NCBI GenBank assembly: GCA_964509695.1
Contig: CAZDXN010000001.1
Span: 51,188-115,187 of the forward strand
Direction of reading: 5' to 3'
Length of the DNA: 64,000 bases
From: an uncultured Pseudomonadales bacterium
Lineage (GTDB): Bacteria > Patescibacteriota > Microgenomatia > UBA1400 > MFAQ01
Every line of letters begins with the position of its first letter. Within the stretch, counting starts at the first letter, position 1. Position numbers and translations under genes: made by a program. Shown one piece after another: positions 9,279 to 17,760 of the stretch. Below the pieces are notes generated by a model. The model saw only the letters and a program-made list of their open reading frames with translations. It was not told the origin of the DNA and did not search any database.

Positions 9279-10373
9279 ATGGCCAAATTACCACTGGTTT
9301 CGATCATCATCGTCGACTACAAGAAAGATAATCCCTATCTTCCCGAATGTCTCGAAGCCATTCAAAGGCAAACCTACAAAAACTTCGAAGTCATTCTCGT
9401 TACCGACCACCCTGTTACTTTGTCATCCTCGCGAAAGCGGGGATCCATTCCCTCGCTCATCAAAAAGTCCTTCGGTCACTACGTCGGCCCGGCCGAGAAA
9501 CGCGACTGGGGAGCGAAGAAGGCTTCCGGGGGAATTCTTGCTTTCATCGATGACGACGCCTATCCTCACCCGGAGTGGCTTGAAAATATAGTTAAAAACT
9601 TCGGAAAAATGTCATTCCCGCGAAAGCGGGAATCTATATCAAATGGATCCCCGATCGAGTCGGGGATGACAGGTGATATCGCTGGGGTGGGAGGACCGGG
9701 AGTAACCCCACCGAATGTTTCATGGACGGAGGAGGCTTCTGGCTGGATGTCAGCTTCACCCTTGGGGGCGGGGGTCAACACTTATCGATTTTTCCCCAAT
9801 TCTCGGAAATTTGTTGATGATTATCCCTCTATGAATCTTGCCATTCGCCGGAGCGATTTTTTGGCTGTGGGAGGCTACGATAGTAACTACTGGCCCGGAG
9901 AGGACACCATGCTTTGCCTCGACCTAACCAGCAAACTAAAGAAGAAAATTATTTATGATCCCAATGTCTTGGTCTATCACCATCGTCGTCCACTTTGGAA
10001 ACCTCATTTGAGGCAGAATGGCAGTTTTGGTCTGCATCGCGGCTTCTTCGCCCGCGTTCTCCCCCAAACCTCTTTCCGTCCTATTTACCTCGGGCCATCT
10101 TTCATGCTCCTCGGCCTTTGCTATCTAATTATTTATCAATTTTTACCAATTCATAATTCCTCATTCTTAATTCTAAATTCAATATCCTACATGGGCTGGT
10201 TTCTCTTCTCCGGCTACCTCCTTGCCCTGCTAGCCAATTCTATCTGGGTCTATCAAAAATCAAAAAGCGGTTTCCAGGGGATTCTTGCCTTTATTGTTGT
10301 CTTCATCACTCACCTCTGGTACGGCGCCCGCTTCCTTCAGGGCTTCTTCCTCACCAAGAATCTATCTCGCTAA
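9279..10373 (+). CDS. GT2 family glycosyltransferase (membrane-anchored) carrying three in-frame palindromic element insertions
   Basis: VSIIIVDYKKDNPYLPECLEAIQRQ and ILAFIDDDAYP motifs. The C-terminus has TM helices. Three short palindromic elements are embedded in-frame (see repeat features). Confidence 0.65.
   Translation: MAKLPLVSIIIVDYKKDNPYLPECLEAIQRQTYKNFEVILVTDHPVTLSSSRKRGSIPSLIKKSFGHYVGPAEKRDWGAKKASGGILAFIDDDAYPHPEWLENIVKNFGKMSFPRKRESISNGSPIESGMTGDIAGVGGPGVTPPNVSWTEEASGWMSASPLGAGVNTYRFFPNSRKFVDDYPSMNLAIRRSDFLAVGGYDSNYWPGEDTMLCLDLTSKLKKKIIYDPNVLVYHHRRPLWKPHLRQNGSFGLHRGFFARVLPQTSFRPIYLGPSFMLLGLCYLIIYQFLPIHNSSFLILNSISYMGWFLFSGYLLALLANSIWVYQKSKSGFQGILAFIVVFITHLWYGARFLQGFFLTKNLSR
9421..9450. 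repeat. Short GC-rich palindromic element inserted in CDS (tgtcatcctcgcgaaagcggggatcc...)
   Basis: Imperfect hairpin TCATCCTCGCG-AAA-GCGGGGAT. It belongs to the same family as the elements at 9610, 9645 and 13261. Confidence 0.6.
9610..9636. repeat. Short GC-rich palindromic element (tgtcattcccgcgaaagcgggaatcta), perfect hairpin
   Basis: ATTCCCGC-GAAA-GCGGGAAT is a perfect 8-bp stem with a 4-nt loop. It is translated in-frame as SFPRKRES. Confidence 0.7.
9645..9671. repeat. Short GC-rich palindromic element in inverted orientation (ggatccccgatcgagtcggggatgaca)
   Basis: Its reverse complement begins TGTCATCCCCGAC..., matching the TGTCATYCC family. It lies 9 nt after the previous element. Confidence 0.6.
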
Positions 10374-10378
10374 TTTCT

Positions 10379-11497
10379 CTATGCCACAAAATATCCTTGG
10401 ATAAAAAACATCAAGAGGATTACGTGTAGGATCGAGAAGATGCCGGCAATGATGACCTTAAGATACAGGTTGTTTATTTCGGAGAGGACAAGGTAGAGCG
10501 TAAGTATTGGCAATACGAAGCGGGGGATCGACAGCAATGTCCCGGTAACGGTAGGAAAAATAAGCATCGCCAATCCGAAAAGGTTGAGTCCCAACCGATC
10601 CGGTAGGTTTCCCGCAGCCCTTTTCTTAATAATCTTATTAAGATCATAAAGAAGAATTAAAAAGGCAAATATAAAAATGCTAAATTCCACAACGGCGATA
10701 AAGTAGGTGTAGTTGAGATCGGCGGTTAGAAATATCTTCAAGTAGCGGTACAAAACCTGAGGCAAGAGGATTATTTTGGTAGTGCGTCCAGCCCCGAACT
10801 GTGGTTGGACATGAAAAAACTTCAGCCCATCCCCCGTAGTAAACCATAGATATCCAGCATAGCTGGCAAATCCCAATATGGGAGCCAGTAGTAGGGATAG
10901 TCGACGACGAGCGCTGGAAAGTAATAGGGGAATCACCAAAAAGATACCAACTACTCGTGTTATTCCAGAAAGGTAGGCAAAAAAAGCAGCAGCCAAAAAA
11001 TTACCCTTCTTATTAAATAAAAGGCAAAGTAGGACCAAGACGATGAACAGGCTTTCGCTATAAGCAGATTGTAAAAAAAACGATGTCGGGAAGGTTAGTA
11101 AAAAAATAATGAACCACTTGGCGTTCTTGCTCAATCCAGTCAATGAAAGATATCTGGGGAGAATCAGCAGACTGGCAATTAGCGATATCCAAGCGATCGA
11201 CAACGCTACTAAGGGGAAAATCAGACCTGACACAGAAGCCAGCGAACGAATCAGAATTGGATACAGTGGGAAAAACGCCACCTCGTTCCTCTCATATCCA
11301 GAGAGAGCGATATTGAGGTAATGAAGTCCGTCAAATCCAGCAAATCGCTTTACAAAATCTGGAAGACGAAAAGAATCTAGTAAGTCCGGAAAAGAAAAAT
11401 AACCCAGATAAGGCACAATTTTTGTAGCTAGAAAACTGACAACAAAATTAAGAAAAAGAGAAATCAAACCGAAATACAAAATCTGACGGGCCCGCAT
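10379..11497 (-). CDS. Polytopic membrane protein, GT-C-like (PIG-V/mannosyltransferase-like motif)
   Basis: About 10 predicted TM helices. The DGLHYLNIALSGYERNEVAFFPLYP motif resembles GT-C mannosyltransferase loop motifs. Confidence 0.45.
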   Translation of the reverse strand: MRARQILYFGLISLFLNFVVSFLATKIVPYLGYFSFPDLLDSFRLPDFVKRFAGFDGLHYLNIALSGYERNEVAFFPLYPILIRSLASVSGLIFPLVALSIAWISLIASLLILPRYLSLTGLSKNAKWFIIFLLTFPTSFFLQSAYSESLFIVLVLLCLLFNKKGNFLAAAFFAYLSGITRVVGIFLVIPLLLSSARRRLSLLLAPILGFASYAGYLWFTTGDGLKFFHVQPQFGAGRTTKIILLPQVLYRYLKIFLTADLNYTYFIAVVEFSIFIFAFLILLYDLNKIIKKRAAGNLPDRLGLNLFGLAMLIFPTVTGTLLSIPRFVLPILTLYLVLSEINNLYLKVIIAGIFSILHVILLMFFIQGYFVA

Positions 11498-11512
11498 TTT
11501 TCTATTTTACCC

Positions 11513-13051
11513 TCACGAGACTTCCTTACGCGCCATTGTCAGGTTGTATACGTGCTGTCTCACCCGCCTCATGGCGCGGAAGCCATAGGTGAATAGAAAT
11601 TGCCAGTCTCGGATTCGTCCGCTTCCCAAGAACTGGATTTGTCGCCATAGAAATTTTGGTGAGAAAGCGATGCCATACATCTTTCTGATCGCTTCGTAAT
11701 ACCTCTCATGAGGAATCGGTGTCTTTACAATCAATTTACTCATATCGTGATCGTTGTAATCACTTGTTAGAAGGACACCCTTTTCAAGACACTCGACATG
11801 ATATGGCGTGTAGTCCAAGGGCGTGCACAAGGTGACTTGGAGAGTCCGAGCTAGTCCCGAGTTCATCAGGTACCTGACGTACTCCACCGTTTGGTCCAGC
11901 ATCTTTTGCGTTTCCCAGTAGTACCCCACCATCATCGTCAGGTGAGGGTGAAGCCCGTACTTGGTCATCCAGTAGAGACAACGTTCAATATATTTTCTCT
12001 GATAGCCCTTATTTATCCGTCGGAGGGTTTCGTCACTACCCGACTCCAGTCCGATCAGGACGAAGCGGAAATTTGCTTTAGCCATTAGCTTAATTGTCTC
12101 CTCATCCAGATATTCGAAACGGGTATTAATCCCAAAATAACACCCCTTCTTGTGTAGGCCTCGGTCAATAATTCCTTGAGCGAACTCCCTCGCATCTGTT
12201 CCCCGGTACCAGACTCCGGAATCGTCAAAGATTTCCTTGACGTGATATTTGTTGATGAGCATCTCGTATTCGTCCAGACTGTTCTCCACCTTCATTTTGG
12301 TGAAGGTTAGGTCTGGTCCGTTGTAGCGGCAGAAGGTACACTTGCCGAACATACAGTCGCGGATGACACTGGTAGCATAAGTGCCGGGAGTTTGGAGGTA
12401 GTTTCCGTTTTCGAAAGCGTAATTCTTCCACCCGACCAGATCACGGTCGATGATCGGGGAGTTATTCACCGGTTCGACCCGTCGAAATTCTCCGGTGTCT
12501 CGATACTCCTTGTTCTTTACTCTGATTGTCAACCCTTCGATGTCACAACTCTTCCGCCAGTCGGTGTGGTCCCGAACAAAAGGCAACAGTTTTGCCAAGA
12601 CAAAATCCACATGATTACTTTTGAGAACAATATCGGTTCTCGAATTATCCAAGGTCTCCTCCGGCTTTCTCATCGAGTGATAACCGGTCATGATAAAGAT
12701 CGTCTTGGGCAAAACATTTTTTAGGTCGTTCGTCAGTTTCCAATAAAACTTCATCACCGGCGTAGTACTTTCAAAGACAACCACATCGGGTCTCCATTTC
12801 ACCAAGTCAGTTGACCACTTCTCAAATGTTTTTAGTTGGGCATTGCCGTCATCCCAACGGACTTTAAACTTGAGCTGTTTCAGCCAAGTCGCCGCTTGGG
12901 CGTAGGTCACTGGTAGTAGGTAAGTTGGCGTTTTGAAATACTGGACGTTTCGGTTCTGGGAGACCATCGCCTTCTGGCCTTTGGAGTTCACAATCGGCGG
13001 ATACGATATCGCCACCCTCAGCGTCCTATTACTTGTTGTTGTTCTTCTCAT
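11513..13051 (-). CDS. B12-binding radical SAM protein (variant Cx4Cx2C cluster)
   Basis: An N-terminal Rossmann-like B12-binding region is followed by a RDCMFGKCTFCRY radical SAM cysteine motif. Its sequence is distinct from the other five B12-rSAM paralogs. Confidence 0.7.
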   Translation of the reverse strand: MRRTTTSNRTLRVAISYPPIVNSKGQKAMVSQNRNVQYFKTPTYLLPVTYAQAATWLKQLKFKVRWDDGNAQLKTFEKWSTDLVKWRPDVVVFESTTPVMKFYWKLTNDLKNVLPKTIFIMTGYHSMRKPEETLDNSRTDIVLKSNHVDFVLAKLLPFVRDHTDWRKSCDIEGLTIRVKNKEYRDTGEFRRVEPVNNSPIIDRDLVGWKNYAFENGNYLQTPGTYATSVIRDCMFGKCTFCRYNGPDLTFTKMKVENSLDEYEMLINKYHVKEIFDDSGVWYRGTDAREFAQGIIDRGLHKKGCYFGINTRFEYLDEETIKLMAKANFRFVLIGLESGSDETLRRINKGYQRKYIERCLYWMTKYGLHPHLTMMVGYYWETQKMLDQTVEYVRYLMNSGLARTLQVTLCTPLDYTPYHVECLEKGVLLTSDYNDHDMSKLIVKTPIPHERYYEAIRKMYGIAFSPKFLWRQIQFLGSGRIRDWQFLFTYGFRAMRRVRQHVYNLTMARKEVS

Positions 13052-13095
13052 TTTTATTGTTTTGATTTTTTGAGTTTTCTCAGTTTTGAGTTTTT

Positions 13096-13785
13096 TTAAA
13101 AGAATACCTCCGTAATAATATTTGTCCCATTTACGCCTTGGCCTCTCAGTATGTCATATACCTCATTGATCATGTCACTATTGCCGCAAAGATAGCAAAC
13201 CGTCTTCAGGTCCACAGGATGCTTTCGTAGGTACTCTGTCACCCTCCCGAAATAAACATTGTCATTCCGAGCGGAACGAAGTGAAGTCGAGGAATCTCTT
13301 GAAATACAAACAATATATTTTCCTTCCGGATAATCCTTCCTATCATATTGCTCATTCACATAACTCACTCCATGCAAAACCGTGTAGTCCAGTTTGGGGT
13401 AGGAGAGCGCAAACGAGTGAAATGGGGCAATCCCGGTGCCGGTCCCGATAAATAAATATTTGTTCTTAGAATCCTCTGAATTGGCAATGGTGAACGATCC
13501 ATAGGCTCCGTCAATGGTAACTTCGTCACCGATCTCTAGTTTTTGTAGGATTGGTGACAATGACCCCCCCTTAACAGCCTTAATCAAAAACTCTAGATAT
13601 TTTTCATCTCTTCCGGAATAGGTTGAGTACTCGCGGTTGATTGCTTCCTTCGGTAGTCCAAGGTTCACACACTGCCCCGGAATAAATTCAAAACCCCTTC
13701 TCTCCACTCGAATCACAAAAGTCGAATCTGTCAAATGCCTAACCTTTAGTACTTTTACCATCGTAATCTTATTCATTATGGACAA
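13096..13785 (-). CDS. FNR-like FAD/NAD(P)-binding oxidoreductase (ferredoxin reductase-type) with in-frame palindromic insertion
   Basis: REYSTYS (RxYS FAD motif) and IGTGTGIAPF (NAD-binding) motifs. The true start is probably the ATG at 13776 (MNKITMVKV). Residues RDSSTSLRSARNDN are encoded by a palindromic element. Confidence 0.65.
   Translation of the reverse strand: MSIMNKITMVKVLKVRHLTDSTFVIRVERRGFEFIPGQCVNLGLPKEAINREYSTYSGRDEKYLEFLIKAVKGGSLSPILQKLEIGDEVTIDGAYGSFTIANSEDSKNKYLFIGTGTGIAPFHSFALSYPKLDYTVLHGVSYVNEQYDRKDYPEGKYIVCISRDSSTSLRSARNDNVYFGRVTEYLRKHPVDLKTVCYLCGNSDMINEVYDILRGQGVNGTNIITEVFF
13261..13296. repeat. Short palindromic element (gtcattccgagcggaacgaagtgaagtcgaggaatc) inside the FNR-like CDS
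   Basis: Same TGTCATTCC...GGAATC family as the elements in the 9279 gene. It is inserted in-frame. Confidence 0.6.
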
Positions 13786-13793
13786 TTATAACC
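13730..13793. repeat. Direct repeat copy a (about 64 bp) spanning the promoter and 5' end of the FNR-like gene
   Basis: gtcaaatgcctaacctttagtacttttaccatcgtaatcttattcattatggacaattataac. It is about 87% identical to 15054..15116 and has a diverged third copy at 16768..16828. Confidence 0.7.
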
Positions 13794-13880
13794 CCAGAAG
13801 AAATTCCGGGCATTGTGCCCGAATGTGGACAAATCGGCAGTTCAATTGACAATTTGTCCAAATTATCATAATATTTACCT

Positions 13881-15047
13881 ATGATTAATCGTATCCTTTT
13901 CGAACAAATCAAACTGGCGGCAACAAACTCTCCGATTATCGGAATTGTTGGGCCCAGGCAGTCCGGAAAGACAACTCTGGCCAAAACCGTATTTCCCAAA
14001 TACACATATGTCAATCTGGAACAACCAGACACTAGACAATATGCACAAAATGATCCCAAAGCCTTTTTAGCTCAATACAACGATAGGGTAATTTTAGACG
14101 AAATTCAAAGAGTGCCCGAATTATTTTCCTATCTTCAAGTAAAGGTTGATAATGACAAAAAAATGGGTCAATACATTTTGACCGGCTCACAACATTTTCT
14201 AATGTTGCAGTCAATCACCCAGTCTCTTGCCGGCAGGATATCAATTTTTCATCTATATCCACTTTCTTACGAAGAGCTACAAAACTCAAGGAAGCAAAAG
14301 AAAGACCTGTACACTCAAATTTGGTATGGTGGATACCCCCGTCTTTATGATCAAGAAATTTCGCCCTTAATTTGGCTAAACAACTATATTCAGACATATA
14401 TTGATCGTGATGTTAGTTTGATTTCTCAAATTACCAATCTAAAAACATTTGAAACATTTCTACACGTCATCGCCGGAAGAACGGGTCAGCTTTTGAATTT
14501 GTCGACATTGGGAAACGAGATTGGAGTTGCCCATAACACCATAAAATCCTGGATAAATCTATTGGAAACTAGCGGAATAACTTATCTACTTCAACCATAT
14601 CATTCAAACATAACCAAAAGGTTAATAAAAACACCAAAACTATATTTCACTGATACTGGTCTAGTGTGTCGCCTCTTGGGAATAGAAGCCCCCAGCCAGC
14701 TTAACACCCACCCACTCTATGGCTCGATCTTCGAAACACATGTTGTTATGGAATATATAAAATTTTATCTAAACAGAGGTTTATCACCCAACATCTATTT
14801 TTGGAGAGATAAAAAAGGACTGGAGGCCGATTTATACAAAAGCATTCCCGGTTCGAAAACTGATATGTTTGAAATCAAATCCAGCCAGACAATTCCCGAG
14901 AATGCCTTCGCAAACTTAAAACAAATTCAAGAAACGATCAAGGACAAATCAGAGCTAAACGTGATTTATGGTGGAGACGAAAACCAGTCACGCAGTCCCG
15001 GCCGGATAATCTCGTGGTCCTCTCTCCCCAAGTTTTTGTCCAAGTAA
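13881..15047 (+). CDS. AAA ATPase of the DUF4143 family
   Basis: Walker A GPRQSGKTTLAK, a Walker B-like ILDEIQ and a C-terminal DUF4143-like region. Direct repeats flank it. Confidence 0.75.
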   Translation: MINRILFEQIKLAATNSPIIGIVGPRQSGKTTLAKTVFPKYTYVNLEQPDTRQYAQNDPKAFLAQYNDRVILDEIQRVPELFSYLQVKVDNDKKMGQYILTGSQHFLMLQSITQSLAGRISIFHLYPLSYEELQNSRKQKKDLYTQIWYGGYPRLYDQEISPLIWLNNYIQTYIDRDVSLISQITNLKTFETFLHVIAGRTGQLLNLSTLGNEIGVAHNTIKSWINLLETSGITYLLQPYHSNITKRLIKTPKLYFTDTGLVCRLLGIEAPSQLNTHPLYGSIFETHVVMEYIKFYLNRGLSPNIYFWRDKKGLEADLYKSIPGSKTDMFEIKSSQTIPENAFANLKQIQETIKDKSELNVIYGGDENQSRSPGRIISWSSLPKFLSK

Positions 15048-15053
15048 ACATAG

Positions 15054-15116
15054 GTCAAATGCCGCACTTTCAGCACCTTTACCATCGTAATCTTATTCAT
15101 TCCGGACAATTATAAC
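15054..15116. repeat. Direct repeat copy b (duplicate of the FNR-like gene start)
   Basis: Its reverse complement encodes MNKITMVKVLKVRHLT, the same peptide that begins the FNR-like gene. It then diverges. Confidence 0.7.
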
Positions 15117-15147
15117 TCAAAAGGCTTTGACGACGGCCCAACCGGCC

Positions 15148-15176
15148 TTGACATTACCGTCAAAAAGTACTATCAT
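15148..15176 (+). promoter_or_regulatory. Near-consensus sigma70-type promoter TTGACA-N17-TATCAT with inverted repeat TTGAC..GTCAA upstream of abiEi
   Basis: ttgacattaccgtcaaaaagtactatcat lies 42 nt upstream of the 15218 ATG. The spacer holds a TTACCGT motif shared with the second abiE promoter. Confidence 0.55.
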
Positions 15177-15217
15177 TTCATAATTAGTATGTTTTATATA
15201 GTAATTATGAAACAAGT

Positions 15218-15856
15218 ATGAACAAAATCAACTACCTATCAAAGTTAAATTCAGCTAGTTTTTTCACAACAAATACCCTAAGAAGCACTGTGGGTGGAAA
15301 CGATGACGCCTTTAACGCCAATGTGGCTCGGTGGATGAAAAACGGTAGTTTGATTCAATTAAAAAAAGGCGTTTTTGTTACCAAGGAATATTATCAGCTT
15401 TGCACCGACAAACAAATTTATAATGAATTTATAGCCAATATACTCAAAAGACCATCATATCTAAGTGGGGAATATGTTCTGCAGAAATATGGCATGTTAT
15501 CCGAATCGGTTTTCTCGATCACCTCTGTCACTCGAAAGAAGACAAGGAATTACAGTAACAAATTAGGAGTGTTTATATATTCAAATATCAAAGAGAAACT
15601 ATTTACTGGCTTTGACATAGCAACCAGGTCGGGATTTGAGATAAAAGAAGCAACAAAGACAAAGGCGTTGTTTGATTATTTATATTATAGATTGTTAAGG
15701 GTGACAGAAATCAACCAAGAAATTATTGATTCTTTTAGGCTAAATTTAGGCGATTTAACCTCCAGTGATTACCAAGAATTAGAGTACTTTATTGATCTTT
15801 CAGACATCCAAAAATTTGTTAATTTAACACGTTATTTAAAAGAGACCTCAAAATGA
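15218..15856 (+). CDS. abiEi: AbiEi-like antitoxin / transcriptional regulator (type IV TA)
   Basis: It sits immediately upstream of, and overlaps, an AbiEii-type nucleotidyltransferase. The N-terminal ...NGSLIQLKKGVFV resembles the AbiEi wHTH pattern. Confidence 0.5.
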   Translation: MNKINYLSKLNSASFFTTNTLRSTVGGNDDAFNANVARWMKNGSLIQLKKGVFVTKEYYQLCTDKQIYNEFIANILKRPSYLSGEYVLQKYGMLSESVFSITSVTRKKTRNYSNKLGVFIYSNIKEKLFTGFDIATRSGFEIKEATKTKALFDYLYYRLLRVTEINQEIIDSFRLNLGDLTSSDYQELEYFIDLSDIQKFVNLTRYLKETSK

Positions 15857-16698
15857 TTATTGAAGAAATGAAATCATTGATTAATAAGCCCGGTGTACAG
15901 AATAAGTCGAGCTTGTATATTAGAAGCCTGCTAAAAGAGTTTTTGCAAATTTATGTACTCAATCATATTTATTTAAATCCAAAATACAACAAAGTGTTTG
16001 TGTTTACTGGGGGGACCTGTTTACGGCATTGTTTTGGTCTAAATAGGTTATCTGAGGATTTAGATTTTGATCTAAGAGTACCAATTGATGTGGCAGAATT
16101 AAAAAATTCCCTTGAGACTTATTTTAAAACTGAATTTATGTATGAGAGTCTGTCGGCCTCTATGTCACAAGGTGGAAAACAGCTGTTACTTAAATTTCCA
16201 GTGTTAAAAGGTTTGGGCCTAGCGACCCAATCTGAAAGTGATTTGTTGTATGTCAAGATAGATCTATCGCCCATGGCTTCCGAAAAATATGGTGAGAACA
16301 CGACCTTAAAAAATATCAACAACTTTAATTATTTGGTAACCCATTATGATTTGCCGTCGTTGATGGCTGGAAAAATTGTTACTATTTTGACCAGACAGCG
16401 ATTTTTGGGAAAAGCGAATATTAAAGTAATTAAAGGTCGGGACTATTTTGATTTACTGTGGTTTTTAGAGAAAAATGTTTTTCCAAATTTAGACAGGGTC
16501 AATGATTTGTTAAAAAGTTCTTATTCAATGTTGAAGCTACTAGTTTTGTTAGATGAGAAGGTAAAAATGGCAACTACAGTTAGCAAACAGTATCTTAAGC
16601 AAGATTTGATGCCTTTTATTGATAACCCCGTGCTTCTGGATGGGTATATTGAGAATTTCGAGAAGAACTATAACCAGGCCAAAACGTATCTAAAGTGA
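15853..16698 (+). CDS. abiEii: AbiEii/AbiGii-family nucleotidyltransferase toxin (DUF1814)
   Basis: FTGGTCLRHCFGLNRLSEDLDFD is the hallmark NTase motif of AbiEii. Confidence 0.75.
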   Translation: MIIEEMKSLINKPGVQNKSSLYIRSLLKEFLQIYVLNHIYLNPKYNKVFVFTGGTCLRHCFGLNRLSEDLDFDLRVPIDVAELKNSLETYFKTEFMYESLSASMSQGGKQLLLKFPVLKGLGLATQSESDLLYVKIDLSPMASEKYGENTTLKNINNFNYLVTHYDLPSLMAGKIVTILTRQRFLGKANIKVIKGRDYFDLLWFLEKNVFPNLDRVNDLLKSSYSMLKLLVLLDEKVKMATTVSKQYLKQDLMPFIDNPVLLDGYIENFEKNYNQAKTYLK

Positions 16699-16767
16699 AT
16701 TATTCATTGACTGTGTCCGTTTCGTGAGAGCTTTTCATTTCAAAGCCGTCGGGGGTTTCGACACCAG

Positions 16768-16828
16768 CCTAACCTTGAGTACGTTTACCATGTAATAATA
16801 TTCATTTTCTAGCTGAATTGTACAATAT
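16768..16828. repeat. Diverged third copy of the 64-bp direct repeat
   Basis: cctaaccttgagtacgtttaccatgtaataatattcatttt...acaatata aligns with copies a and b. It lies between abiEii and the epimerase gene. Confidence 0.45.
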
Positions 16829-16833
16829 ACCCC

Positions 16834-17760
16834 ATGGCAAAAAAGATTCTTGTCACTGGTGGCGCTGGCTTCATTGGTTCAAATACCACCAAACTACTTT
16901 GCGATAAAGGATTCCAAGTTGTTGTTTTTGATAATCTCTCTACCGGGTATAGGAAGCTTGTCGATACACGGGCAAAATTTATCAAGGGAGATCTCCTAAA
17001 TCAAAACGAGATTACCGAGGCACTCAAGGGGGTTGATCGCGTATTTCACTTTGCCGCCACCAGCTATATCAAAATCAGCATCGACGATTCGATTGGTTGT
17101 TTTCAGAACAATATCATGGCCACGGTCAATCTACTGGAAGCGATGAGAAAAAATAAGATCAAGTATCTGGTCAACTCCTCATCTGCCGCAGTTTATGGCG
17201 AACCGGAAATGATTCCAGTCAAAGAGGACTCCGTCAAACAACCACACCAGCCCTATGGTGGCTCGAAATTGGCAGTCGAGGCGGTTTTGTCTTCCTATTA
17301 CCACTCTTTTGGCATCAACAGCACCTCGCTTCGCTTTTTCAACGCCTACGGTCCGTTTGATGAACAGCGGCCAATTACTCGGGCCGTTCCCAATTGGATC
17401 AAACAAGTCTTAAATAACCAGCCAATTTCTCTCTATTGGAAAGGAAAACAACTTAGAGACTATGTCTTCGTTGAGGACATCGCCAGAGCTCACTTAGCTG
17501 TCATGGATCTATCAGGATATAACTATTTCAATATTGGTTCCGGAAAAGGAATTTTTATGATTGATCTGCTCGAAAGCATTTTCAAGGCGATCGGAAAGCA
17601 GACTCCCACCACAGATCTGGGGGAAAGGCCGGGCGATCCGATGAACTTGGTGGCTGACACGACAAAAATAGAGAAAGCCATTGGTTGGAAGCCCAGTTTC
17701 TCGCTGGATATGGGAATCAAATTAACCGTCGATTACTTCAAGAACTCAAGATTCAAATGA
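16834..17760 (+). CDS. NAD-dependent nucleotide-sugar epimerase/dehydratase (GalE-like)
   Basis: ILVTGGAGFIGS Rossmann motif and a YGGSK catalytic YxxxK motif. Confidence 0.8.
   Translation: MAKKILVTGGAGFIGSNTTKLLCDKGFQVVVFDNLSTGYRKLVDTRAKFIKGDLLNQNEITEALKGVDRVFHFAATSYIKISIDDSIGCFQNNIMATVNLLEAMRKNKIKYLVNSSSAAVYGEPEMIPVKEDSVKQPHQPYGGSKLAVEAVLSSYYHSFGINSTSLRFFNAYGPFDEQRPITRAVPNWIKQVLNNQPISLYWKGKQLRDYVFVEDIARAHLAVMDLSGYNYFNIGSGKGIFMIDLLESIFKAIGKQTPTTDLGERPGDPMNLVADTTKIEKAIGWKPSFSLDMGIKLTVDYFKNSRFK

Noticed and set aside
9347-9781. ORFs 9347..9553 (+) and 9566..9781 (-) inside the GT2 gene
   Set aside because: They are created by the GC-rich palindromic elements (Arg/Pro-rich translations). They overlap a gene that has clear GT2 motifs in another frame.
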